Assembly (NCBI GenBank): GCA_002245135.1
Contig: NGBS01001161.1
Coordinates: 372,001 to 436,000, forward strand
Length of the DNA stretch: 64,000 bases
From: Proteromonas lacertae
Taxonomy: Eukaryota
Reading direction: 5' to 3'
Below, in pieces: positions 39,041-52,500 of this stretch; the stretch's first letter is position 1, and each line of letters starts with the position of its first letter. The notes beneath the pieces are model-generated. The model had not been told where the DNA came from, did no database searches, and saw nothing but the letters and a program-made list of their open reading frames with translations. A program made the translations under genes and the position numbers.

Positions 39041-42000
39041 TTAATTCTTTTTAGTTTTCTTCGATTTTTTGTTTGAATTATTTTCTTTTTCGTGTTTTCT
39101 TTTCAAAGAATTTCTTTTCTTCTCTTCTTCATTTGAGATTTCAATAGATTTACTATTATCATCATCATTTTCTTCTTCAAAATTAATTGATAATACAGAA
39201 ATATCTTCAGATTTCTACAAATAGAAAATATAATATTATATTCTATACTTCAATATCTGATAAATTATCAATAGTCACTCTCCATTGTGTTGATTTTCTC
39301 TTTACATCAGGACTTTCAAAATTAATTAAAACAGGTGGTGTTGCATTATCTGTTAGTAGTGCTGATTGCCTTCTACTTCTATTAATTGGAGTTATAAGAT
39401 TATTATCAACTACAATTGCTGGTTCATTTGGTAGCTTTATTGGTGATATAATTTTTGATTTATTTGCACTATTTATTACTTTTGGTGTTTTCTTAAGGGT
39501 TGGTGTGTATGGTGATTGTCTTATATCTGAAAGTCTTGGAGTATGAATTGGTGTATTATATATCATTACATTTAATTGTTTGTTTTGCTTTGCTCTTTTC
39601 TCTTCTAATTCATATCTCTTTACTTCATATTCTAATTCTTTTAATAACTGTGGATCACTTTTAAACCCTATTAATATATCATTTTTATTCTTCTTATATA
39701 TCAACATTAAGTATTTCAGTAATAGCTTCATGTTACTAGATTTACGTTCTTCTAGGTAATGTTTTAATGATATAAGAGTTGGAATAATGTTTTGAATATA
39801 ATTTTGATTTTTAAACTATTACAAATAATAATAACGAAATAGAGAATATATAATACACTTTTCAACTAATTTCTTTTTAGCCAAATTTAGCTTCTTCCAT
39901 TGGATTTTTATTCTCATCGTGAAGAATATTCTCATCTTCATCATTTATATCACTCATATTCTTTGTTTTTTGAAATGTTTTACTACATAATATATTAAAC
40001 GTATCATAGATCACCTCATTGTCATTGATGTTATTACTATCTATTGATATTTGATTATCAATAATTCCACCTAGTATATCTTGAACTAATCGATTTGTAA
40101 TCTATTAATAATAACAACAATTACAAATAGTAATTATACTGATAACTTCTCTTCTTCACTAAATCTTTTTGTTAGACTTTCATATATTTTCATTCTTTTT
40201 CTATTTTTGTGATATAATACAATTTTATAGATATATACAATCTATTCTCAGGATTATTCCCACTATATTTTGATAAAACTATTGAAGATTTTTCATTTAG
40301 TTGGATATTCAATAAATGACCTCTAAAGTTATTCATTACACATATTAATTCAACAAACTGGTTTGACAATACATTAGGGAACTTTATATAGAGTTGAGTG
40401 ATAGTATTTTCAGCATATTTCCTCATAAACTCTTCATCGTCATCTACTAAACACAAAACTAAACTGTATAACATCACATTCTTTAGCTTTTATATAATCT
40501 TCTAAGAGTAATTGTGTAAGAGCAATCATTGTATGTTTTCTAACCATTATATCAACATCACATAAATAGAGTGACATATCATTTATAAATATATCAATTA
40601 TTGATGTATACTTACGACATAAATCACATAATATCAATATAATATTGTTACGAATAATACAATCATTACTTAAAGATAATTCTCTTAAAAACATCTAATC
40701 AATAGAATAATTATATTTGTATATATATACTGGTAGTAATTCTTTGGATAATTTTTGATTATTCAAACAGAATTTGCCTGTTGCTGTTATTGCATATGCT
40801 CTAATTATGGAAGATATTGGATCACTACTGTTGGGAAATGTACTTGGTAATAAAGATGTGATATAAGTTTGTAATTCATTAGGAACTAGATAATGGTGAT
40901 ATAACAATATATACTTGCAATATTCAGTTTTGATAATATATTCTCATCACTTTCACTTATTCCTATTGTAGCTATCTCTCCAGCTGTATGTATATATCTT
41001 ATAATTAGTCCATCAGAAACAGATGATTTTCTCATTACATAATTCTCAATTTCTGTTGCTATATATACATAAAAGATATTAATAATAGAAATAAATACAA
41101 GCATTTTTGATGATTTGATCTGTCCATTTTAAAGTCTTTTCTTTTGCTTCTTTATCACTCTTTGCATGTGAAATATACAAATATGAAATGGTTATAATTA
41201 ATGAATGAACTATTGAAGGAGATGATTTATATTGTAATAACAAATTCATCATTTGGTCAGTGATTCTTACACAATCTTCTTCACTTATTCTATTGCTAAC
41301 ATTACCTATTACTATTATTAGAGACATCGTATCTTCATCATAAACAGTCAGTTTGTTCCACAATGATATAATATAATCAACATCAATAAACTCAGGATAC
41401 TATATATGTTAATAGAATATATATATATATATATATATATACAGATTTTGATAGTAATTCCAGTAATCTCCATATCATATTCTGTATATTAATAATAATA
41501 GTATTATCTGATATAACTTCATCTGAGAAATGTTGTAAGATTCTCTATAATATTAATATTAATATAACAATCAATACTTGACATGATTTCATGATTACTT
41601 TAGCATCACTTTTATTATCCTTATATATCTTTTCAATCAAACTCTATTGACAATTAATAATATATCATTATACTTCAAATAAAGACATTGTATCACTATT
41701 GATTCTATTTAATAACATCCAAACTAAACTCTTTTCAGTCTTCAATAGTTCAGCCAAGATTATTCTCTTTGTTATAAACCTTATCAAATTCAATTATTTT
41801 AGTCAAAATGTGATTATTAATTGATTTAATTGCATAATCACAAACACTCGATTCACTATCACATGATAAAATAAAACAGACTAAATACAGTATAATATAA
41901 TATTCAATATACTTGGATATAAATATCTTGATATAAAACATTACTAGATTCAGTGTTTAATAGATTTTCTATTACTGTTAATGCCATTTTCCTTACACTT

Positions 42001-43737
42001 ATTGATGTATCTTTAACACAACTACTGATAGAATAAATATCTGATTCTGTAAGAACAATTTTAAATGAAGCTAAATATAGAGAATATATTATATTTATGT
42101 TTATACTGTTATTGAGAATTATTCCTAATAATTCAAGTGCTGATTTTCTTACTAATGGTTTTTCATCAATTAATCTACTTCTCAGTATATTTAATATTGG
42201 TGCATTGTTGTTATTGCTTTCATTAGGAATTAATAATTCTATTAATATAAAAATAGATTATAATAAAGTATACCAGAGTTTAATGCGTTTGTTAATTGAG
42301 TAATTACATCATTTACTTCTGAATCATTTGTCCTGTGAGTGATAAATAACAATATATCAGATAGTGCTTGCAATGATGCTAATCTAATTGTTACTACAAT
42401 ATCTGATATTCGATTGATTATTATATTTAATAATGGAATTGGACCGATATAAGCACATAATGATAATTCACTACAATCATTCTCATTGAAATATATACAC
42501 TGGTTTTGTATTAATATTTGAGCTATATTCACACTTATTAATCTGTGACTACTTTCTTTAGAATTACTGCATTTCTTTAAGAACTTTATATATGTTAATA
42601 AATTTTGTATTGTTAAGTGTTTTATTATGTTTAATATCGTATTACACAACTCTATTCTATATTCCATTATTGATGGTGATTTTATAGTTAAATGTTGGAG
42701 TAAAATAACTATATCTTTTTGTAATTCAATATCTTTACAATATTCATATATTAATTTGTTTAATAGTGTATCTCTAATTTGTTTTAATATTGATATTTGT
42801 TTTGTTGAACATTGTTGCATTGTTATTGGCAATATTAAGTTTCTTAATATATTAACATATAGTTTATTATTCCCTTTTACTGATGATGATAGATTTTTGC
42901 ATATCTATTAATTTATAAATAGATAAATATAAATATACTTCTATAGAAATAGGAAATAATGTTTTATGATATTCAGGAATACAACAATGAATCACTGTAG
43001 ATAATAAAGTACTATTATCAATACAATAAATACATAATTAATACTGTATTATATCTTCATGTTCAGTTATCGTAATATTCTTTGTTACTTCATTAATGCA
43101 TTGTAATATTTCTGCCATTTGTTTTATTTTATAATTATCTGTTGTAGAGTGTGCTGTTGATACTTTATTGTTCTTTTTTGCCTTTGATTTTGATGGTTTA
43201 TTTATTATTTCATTTTCATTTTCATTGTTGTTATTATTATTATCGGAATTGGAATTATTCATTTCTATTTGTGATATTAATAATAGCATTTCTTGAAATA
43301 TAACTGGTTGAAAACAGCCAAATGCACTACTTCCTGATATACACAACAGATGAGAGTAACATAATGAAGCTTCACAAGCTAATTGAATATTATCTTTTCT
43401 TTGTTTCATATTATAGTTACATAGAAATATAATGATTTTATGAAGAGGATTACCACTTTCTTGGATCTTGCACCAAATTTGGTTAATTTCTGATTCTCTA
43501 TACATATTATATAGCTTAATAATACTTTAAATCCTTCCAATTCATAATGCATTTATCAATCTCTGGTAACTGCATAGATTGAATAATATGTTGCTGGTTG
43601 AGTGGTATCTATTAAAATATATTATAATTATAAACTATACTTCATCAAAACAAGTTTCAGATGACAATGATCACTTCTGAGTCAAAACCATCAATGATTG
43701 GTCTTAGTATATCCTTTAAAGCACTATAAACCTCCAT
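39041..43737 (-). CDS. NCAPD3: Condensin II HEAT subunit CAP-D3; many introns and a few apparent indels
   Basis: RLIDEKPLVRKSALELL, DTSISVRK, IRAYAITATGKFCL, IRNNIILILCDLCRKYT, VRKHT...LTQLLLEDYIK, FVELICVMN, NIIPTLISLK. Confidence 0.88.
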
Positions 43738-44253
43738 ATTTGTATAGTATTATTGCAAGTATCACTTTTTATTTAAAAATATGTAGAAGGATAACTAAAA
43801 ATTGATAAAGAAAATTCAAATTCAAATTTTTTAATTTCTTTCTTTTGGATTTTTCTCTATAATTATAAAGGATTATTATGTAAAATTTTATTCAAATACT
43901 GTATTGATTGTTGAACTATACTGCATCATAATTACTTTTTGAAATTACCTGAATTAGATAAATATTGTTTATTTCGATATTTTGTTATAATTTTATAATG
44001 TATATTTATGACTTATATATGATATGTAGAATTACATATAGCTTCATATAGAGCTGAATAATTTGGGTTAATGAGGGATATAAGTAAGCGATGTAATAGT
44101 AGGTAAAACGCAAATCATTTGAACGGCACTAATATCTTTTTTTTGAGATGTTTGTATCTTTTATAACAAATATGTTACAATTAGGAAGGTTAATTGGATA
44201 TAATCAATTTTTTAAACTAAAAATCTATAGTTAAACAATAAAAATTATTATTT

Positions 44254-44325
44254 TAAGATAACTCCTACTAGTTAACATGATGCATAATTATTGCAGTATA
44301 ATGCTTATGGGCTAGTAGCATCTTA
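44254..44325 (+). other. Imperfect ~72-nt inverted repeat (RNA hairpin candidate) in intergenic DNA
   Basis: TAAGAT/ATCTTA and CTACTAG/CTAGTAG arms, extended inward with G-U pairs. Confidence 0.45.
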
Positions 44326-44373
44326 TGCAATGTATATTAAACACAGAAACACAAGAATTAAATGAAAAATAAA

Positions 44374-46380
44374 TCAATTTGAAGATGATTTCAACTGATA
44401 TTGAACAAGATCTTTACGTAACTTGTCATTCTCCTAAATATTAGTATAAATATGATATATAGAATACTTCAATCAAAGTTATTGTATATTGCTTCAGTCC
44501 CAGATTTTTGATCTGCTAACACAACTTTTCTAAACGAGTTTATTTGTTGAGATGTTTTATCTACTACTTCAGTAACATATTTCTATATCAAAAACAATAT
44601 ATGAATGATATTAATACCGATAAAACAGCTATTTGATTTTCTCTATCTCTAATCACACTTTGAGAATGATATCTTAATGTATTCATCGCTTCTTGCAATC
44701 TTTTAACTGCTTCATCATTACTCTTAATTGGTCCTACATTCTGAACTGTAAAATCTTCTACCTTTTTCTCTAATTTAGACATATCACTTCTTAATAGATT
44801 AACTAACTCCTGAAGCTTATCTTTTTCAACCATCATTAAATTCAAATTCTTTTGTACTGACATTGCAGTAAGTTTATCATCAATATTATTAGTGACTGGT
44901 TTTGAAGCATTATCTTTTAAATACTTATTCTCTAAACGAATATCTTTAATCAGTTTATTCTGTTGTTCTATTTGTTTCTGTAGTAACAAATATTCTTCAG
45001 ATTTACTTTCATTTTGAACAGGTTTTTGAGGACTTTGAGAATAACCTTCTGACATACATTTATTCAACTTCTCTTTCAATGCTGAAATTAAATCACTATC
45101 TGTTTGAGATTTCTTTAATAATATCTAATACAGAAACATTAAATATAATAATCATTATACTTTTATATCATCTTTCATCTTTCCATTGTCTTTTTCAAGT
45201 GTTTGTATTCTTGCTTTAAATGCAGCATCTATCATAAAATAAATTAATAGATTTATATTATATACTGTTTGATTTATATGTATTATTAGATTCTTCTAGA
45301 GTTTGACATTTTTCAGATAATTCTTGTAATTTCATTTTCTTTTCTTTTTCAATACCATTAATAGCTTTTTCAGCTCTAATTATTAATATAACAAATTGTT
45401 CTTTATATATATATATATATACCTTTCATTTGATATTTTATTTGAACTTTGAGATTCTAGTTTCTTTATTTTTGCTTGTAATGACATTATTATTTCTTGT
45501 CTTCCTTTCCATTCACTTTCATTATCAATTACATCAGTAATTTTAACATTATCTCCTATCTCTCGCTGCAATAATAATTTATATTTCTTTACTTCACCTT
45601 CACATGTTGTTAATTTCATTCTTAAACTATTTACATCTTTTAGCAATTGTTTGATTTGGTTTGATTGATCATTTGAAGGATTTGATGTGCTTGATGATGT
45701 TTTTGCATTTGACTTAGCATTGGTGGATGGCGGTGGAGTTAAACCAACTTCTTCAGATACTTTACTTTCATGAATTTGTTTTCTTAATTTTATCTCTTCT
45801 TCTAAATTTTTAATTTTTGTTTTTTGGCTTTCAATAGTAGAATTCTGCTTTTGTACCTTTTTTGCTAATTCTAATATTTTAGCATCTCTTATATCCTGTC
45901 CATTACTCTCTAGTTTACTTGGATCAATTCCTGTTATTGGTGTATTTGTCTCTACCATGATTTTTAATCTATATAAACGTATTAATCAAAGAGTATGCAT
46001 ATACTTTTTATTCTCTACAGTCTTAGCCTTTAATTCTTCTTTCAAAGCTAAATTCTCTGCACTTAATGCAGCAAGTTCCTCCATACTATTCCAATTAAAT
46101 TGAGCACCTTCCTTAGCTTCTTGAACTCTTACATTTTTATTGTCTTTCTACAAAATACTAGAATAAATGCTTATACTATTCTGCCATTTCTTTGAAGTTG
46201 TACTGCTAAACTTTCTATCTCTTTATTATCCTCTTTTACCATTTGTTCCTCTTTACTCCTCCAATCACCAAAATCTCTCACAGGTTTATTATTTTCACGT
46301 TTTACTTTAGATACACCTGAAGCAATTTCAGGTGGACTATCATAACCACCATCATACGACTCCTCATCAGAAGAACTCAT
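44374..46380 (-). CDS. CCDC13: Coiled-coil domain-containing protein 13-like (centriolar satellite/ciliary); multi-exon
   Basis: KILELAKK, LQREIGD, WKGRQEIIMSLQAKI, ARIQTLE and KSQTDSDLISALK match CCDC13 blocks as I recall them. Confidence 0.75.
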
Positions 46381-46531
46381 TTTTTAAAAGAATGGGTATC
46401 GAAAAGAAACGAAAAGTTTGAATAACCATAAAATAAATATATTCGTTTTAGTTTCAAAAATACTTTTTTAAATTTTTAATCGAAAGACAGTATGTCATCT
46501 CTTGTAATATCTTTTTTATATTAAATGTCAT

Positions 46532-49500
46532 ATGAATTCTTTAACATATGAATGTCAAATTATCATCTCTTGTTGTAAATAACATAGATGGCAGTTCGTT
46601 TTATTCCATACTATTAAATAACACAGATAAAACTCCACCAGGAATGTATAAATATAAAATATAACAAATAATAGTATTTCCCCTTCATTCAACAAAATAT
46701 TATGGAATAGTGCTCTATTTACTATGAAGGATATTAAAACTAACAATTTACCTTTTAGTATAATAAAAACAGTATATGAAAAGAATTCAAGCAAATCAGA
46801 AACAGTGATTCAGTCAGAGTTGGATTTATCAAAGATAGGATGCTTCTCTAAATCTGTAGGTGAATTTATAGTAAATGGATCTATATTGCAATCTTCAAAA
46901 GCTGAAGGAAATATTGTTTTGAAGATAAGAAAAATCAAGTGTGATGTTTTTCAGAATAATGATGTTACATTTAAAATTACAGGTCTTTCTAAAGAAAATA
47001 ATTACGATATACCTCAGTATTTTTATAAAATATAATACTTATATTTGAAATAGATGTTACAATGGTGAAATAGTGTTAAATGAAAAGCCAATTATCATAC
47101 CATTTACAGATTCAGTGAAAGAAAAGTCATTAGAATTTTCGTTTGAAAGTGGTGGATTTTTTAACAAATCATCATACACTGTTAAGGATAAATTGATTTT
47201 ATCTAATATAAATTCATTTATATCTGCAACAGAGAGTGTGTTTAAATCTGAATACTCAAAAGGAAGAGATAATGGAGCAATATCTATTGAATATGACATT
47301 TGCTTTATACCAAAAGATTCATTGGATGGTTCTTCTGAAGAAAAAGAAAGTAATGAAATGGAAATAAAACAAAATATTCAATTATATGGGAATGAATTAA
47401 TAGATACTAATAGAAAACAAACAAGACCATATTCAAGTTTAGAATATTTGACAAAATCTCAAAGTGTAGAAATATCTGTTGTTAGCGTAAATAATACTAA
47501 AAATGGAAATGATGTTACTTTATCATATAGAAAATCAAATGGGTATATTATTATTATTATATTTAATAGAAAAGGTTCAATCCAATTCAATTATAATGGA
47601 GATGGTTATACGAATATTTTAATTACATATAAGAAAATTGAAACACGTTTTGATTTTAGCTATTATTTATGTTGTGATAAAAGTGATGAGTTTGTTGTGC
47701 CAGTTACTATGGAGAATAATAAAAGTGATAAATTATATATATGCTTATCAATTAAACCAACAGTAAAGCCAAATACAATACCATTTTTACCGATATTCTA
47801 TCCATCAATTCAGTTTTATTTTCATAATGTTAATGGATATGATAATGTAAAATGGTCAAAAATAAAACTATTTCAAATAAGATTGAAATTTTTATATCAA
47901 ACTGATGAGCAATATATTACAGTATTTTCAAAAGAGAATTATCTTCCCAGTAATAATTCATCTCTATCACCATTATCATCTAGATATAATATTACATTAC
48001 CTCAAACAGAAATGAATAATTTATCTCAATATTTAGTTGTACAATTGTATAATGAATCTGATAAATCTGTGGTAGATGAGTTGTGTATAAATCTATCTCC
48101 ATTCATAAGAGGATATTATGCAAAACAAACTAACTTTAAAACTGAAAATGGTGAAATAGTATTATCTCTTATACCGTCATTTTATTCAATGAAAAATCCA
48201 GAGAACATTCCTGTGTATAAAGATGAAAAGAGTTTTGTAAATGTTTCGTCAAATGAATTAGGTGAATATTTATATATTTCTCTATTTTTTGAGTTAGTAA
48301 CAAAGTTAAGAGGATCATCTTTAGTTTTATCACTAGAAGCAGTAAATTCTGATAGAAAACAGGCAGAAATAGGTAAATTGGATATGACTTATAATAGAAG
48401 AGGTAGTATAATATCATGGCCTTCTCCAATTAGCTTTCCATTCTTTACTTGTTATGTAGAAAGATTATTCAAATATAGAGTTGAGATTTTTGATGATACT
48501 AAAAAATCTGTTGGGTTTATATCAATTGCTCCTTCAGAAATATTGAAGAATACTCCATCAATTGAGTTTTCCTATAAATTCTGACAAAGTAATTGTCTAT
48601 CCAATAATTACTCAAATTACTCCATTGCCATTTTGTAGAATCATATCAGATTCGCCAGTATATAGGTTATATGTATTAGAAGCATATAATTTAAAGAATT
48701 TACAAAAGACTGGAAAACAAGATCCTTACGTTAGTGCATTTATTACTGTTGGTTCAGAACAATATCCAGCAAAAACAGGAGTAGTATCTTTTGATTCTGG
48801 ATTAGTTGGTTTATGGGATAATTGTCAATATATAGATATACAACTAACAAGTGAAATTCAATTTTATTTAGCAATAATGAGCCAATTGATTTGGAGATAC
48901 AATTATTAGAAGATGCAGATGTAGCATTGTTTCAAAGTACATTCTTTGGAAAAGTCCAACTATCATTATATGAATGTATCTATTGCATGAATAGAAGTCA
49001 AATATATCACTTGAGAGATGAGAATGGTAAAGAAACAGATCAATGTATTGTTGTGTCTGGAAATGTATGTGATCCAAATTATATTCCAGAAGTAGTTAAA
49101 CCTCCTTCTGTTTATAAAGCCGAAGAAAATAAAGAAGAAGAGAAAGAAAGTGATTTAAATCGAGATAAGAGCAAATATGATTATGCGAATCAAATTGAAT
49201 ATTATTTGAAAAAGAAGAATAATATTTCAATTAGTTGTAGTAACAATAAAGAAATCGAATTTGTATATAATGGAAAGAAGAGTAAAGAAGCAATTCAAAT
49301 CGAATATAATGGTGATAATAATACAATAATTGAAATAAATAATAAGAATATAAATGAGAAATTAGATTTGAGTGGTTTAATATGTGGTTTAGAATGGCGA
49401 GACACGAAATTTGTATTAAATGATAAAAAGAAAGAAAATGGTTTTAATGAAGTGATATTGAATGGAAGTAGTATGATAAGTGAAGATAAAATGAGTGAGA

Positions 49501-52500
49501 TATTTAAAGATGTTGGTAAGAATAATATTAGTTATTCAATGAAAATGAGTTATAAATTATTGAAAGTGAATAAAGTGAGATGGGATGAGAAAGTAGGCAT
49601 AGGTATTCGAAATCAAAAGATATATCACAACAATAAAGAATATGAAAATGTAATGGAATTGAATAATTATGTGAATGGAAGTGAAATGAAAGAGAATGAA
49701 GAATTGATAATATTACATCCTGATAGTATAGAAGATTCAATGTTAAAGATCGAGATATTCAATTTAAAGAATGATGATATTTTATATGAGACATGTATTG
49801 ATTTATTTGGAATCAATCATGGAATAAACTATGAAAATGTGGAGATAAAATTGAACAATGAAAATGACATATTGGTATTATCAATGATAAAAAGTGACAT
49901 AAAATATGATCGAAAAGAGAAAGAAAGTATAATCGCATTGAATGAGAATGAGAATGAAAAGATAATAATTCCATTTGGAAAAGAATGTATGATGAACTAT
50001 TTGATTGAGATTTGGAATATTCCTGAGATTTATAATGATTGTGAAGTGAAACTGATCTTAATGGGTCTAGATGATGATGTTGAGCCAGTCGAATTAGGTA
50101 AATTGATGAATGGTGAATATAATCGAAATCATATAAAATATAAAGATAGTATAAGATTTGCATACTATCCAATTCCAGTGAAACGTCGATTTAAATACAA
50201 AATCGAATTACGAAGTATAAAGAATATGAAAGTAAATAATGGTTTAATCGATGAATGTGAGATAAATCCTTATGATTATTATATAGAAACCAATGATAAG
50301 AAACAACAAAACATCTTATTAACAAAGAGTTCAATAAAGGTATCAATAATCGGAATGTGTTTAAGATATGAAGATAAGATATATAAGATGCCATATGGTG
50401 ATAATCTAATAATGAGATTGTATGTAATTCAAGTGATAAATCTACCAAATTATCAGAAAGGAGGTAAACAAGATCCATATATCGAATATCGAATTCATCG
50501 TGGAAATGAAGATAATATGATAGAATTCAAGAGTGGAAAAGTGAGTTATGACAGTGGAAATGTAGGTTATTGGGAAGGCAGTGAATACTATGAGATTGAA
50601 TTAAAAGACTATTTGAATGAACTGAATCGAGGTTTACCAGTGGATTTAGAGATTCAAGTTCGTGAGAAGACAGGTGGACTTGGTAGTATGATTCAAAAAG
50701 ACAATTTTGGAAATATGATATTGAGTTTATACCAAATATTTGAGATGAGAAATGAATGTATAGAATATGATATAATTAAAGATGGTCGTAAAAGTGAAAT
50801 CAAACTATTGATGAGTTGTTGTATAAGTGAGAAAGATGTATATCCTAAAATAAGTGAATATCCAGAATTTGAGATGCCAATAGCTGAAGAAGAGAAAGAA
50901 AATGATTTAAATCGAGATAAGAGCAAATATGATTATGCGAATCAAATTGAATATTATTTGAAAAAGAAGAATAATATTTCAATTAGTTGTAGTAACAATA
51001 AAGAAATCGAATTTGTATATAATGGAAAGAAGAGTAAAGAAGCAATTCAAATCGAATATAATGGTGATAATAATACAATAATCGAAATAAATAATAAGAA
51101 TATAAATGAGAAATTAGATTTGAGTGGTTTAATATGTGGTTTAGAATGGCGAGACACGAAATTTGTATTAAATGATAAAAAGAAAGAAAATGGTTTTAAT
51201 GAAGTGATATTGAATGGAAGTAGTATGATAAGTGAAGATAAAATGAGTGAGATATTTAAAGATGTTGGTAAGAATAATATTAGTTATTCAATGAAAATGA
51301 GTTATAAATTATTGAAAGTGAATAAAGTGAGATGGGATGAGAAAGTAGGCATAGGTATTCGAAATCAAAAGATATATCACAACAATAAAGAATATGAAAA
51401 TGTAATGGAATTGAATAATTATGTGAATGGAAGTGAAATGAAAGAGAATGAAGAATTGATAATATTACATCCTGATAGTATAGAAGATTCAATGTTAAAG
51501 ATCGAGATATTCAATTTAAAGAATGATGATATTTTATATGAGACATGTATTGATTTATTTGGAATCAATCATGGAATAAACTATGAAAATGTGGAGATAA
51601 AATTGAACAATGAAAATGACATATTGGTATTATCAATGATAAAAAGTGACATAAAATATGATCGAAAAGAGAAAGAAAGTATAATCGCATTGAATGAGAA
51701 TGAGAATGAAAAGATAATAATTCCATTTGGAAAAGAATGTATGATGAACTATTTGATTGAGATTTGGAATATTCCTGAGATTTATAATGATTGTGAAGTG
51801 AAACTGATCTTAATGGGTCTAGATGATGATGTTGAGCCAGTCGAATTAGGTAAATTGATGAATGGTGAATATAATCGAAATCATATAAAATATAAAGATA
51901 GTATAAGATTTGCATACTATCCAATTCCAGTGAAACGTCGATTTAAATACAAAATCGAATTACGAAGTATAAAGAATATGAAAGTAAATAATGGTTTAAT
52001 CGATGAATGTGAGATAAATCCTTATGATTATTATATAGAAACCAATGATAAGAAACAACAAAACATCTTATTAACAAAGAGTTCAATAAAGGTATCAATA
52101 ATCGGAATGTGTTTAAGATATGAAGATAAGATATATAAGATGCCATATGGTGATAATCTAATAATGAGATTGTATGTAATTCAAGTGATAAATCTACCAA
52201 ATTATCAGAAAGGAGGTAAACAAGATCCATATATCGAATATCGAATTCATCGTGGAAATGAAGATAATATGATAGAATTCAAGAGTGGAAAAGTGAGTTA
52301 TGACAGTGGAAATGTAGGTTATTGGGAAGGCAGTGAATACTATGAGATTGAATTAAAAGACTATTTGAATGAACTGAATCGAGGTTTACCAGTGGATTTA
52401 GAGATTCAAGTTCGTGAGAAGACAGGTGGACTTGGTAGTATGATTCAAAAAGACAATTTTGGAAATATGATATTGAGTTTATACCAAATATTTGAGATGA

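Noticed and set aside
44100..44125. Minus-strand GCGTTTTAC (like U5 loop I) and GTTCAAAT (like a tRNA T-loop/B-box)
   Set aside because: Mismatch to the invariant GCCTTTTAC, no closing stem and no cloverleaf
2247..45421. (TA)n and (TAA)n microsatellites
   Set aside because: Ordinary slippage tracts inside introns or Asn runs
1862..47035. Hydrophobic Y/I/L/F stretches at ends of listed ORFs as transmembrane segments
   Set aside because: They are read-through into AT-rich introns starting with GTAT
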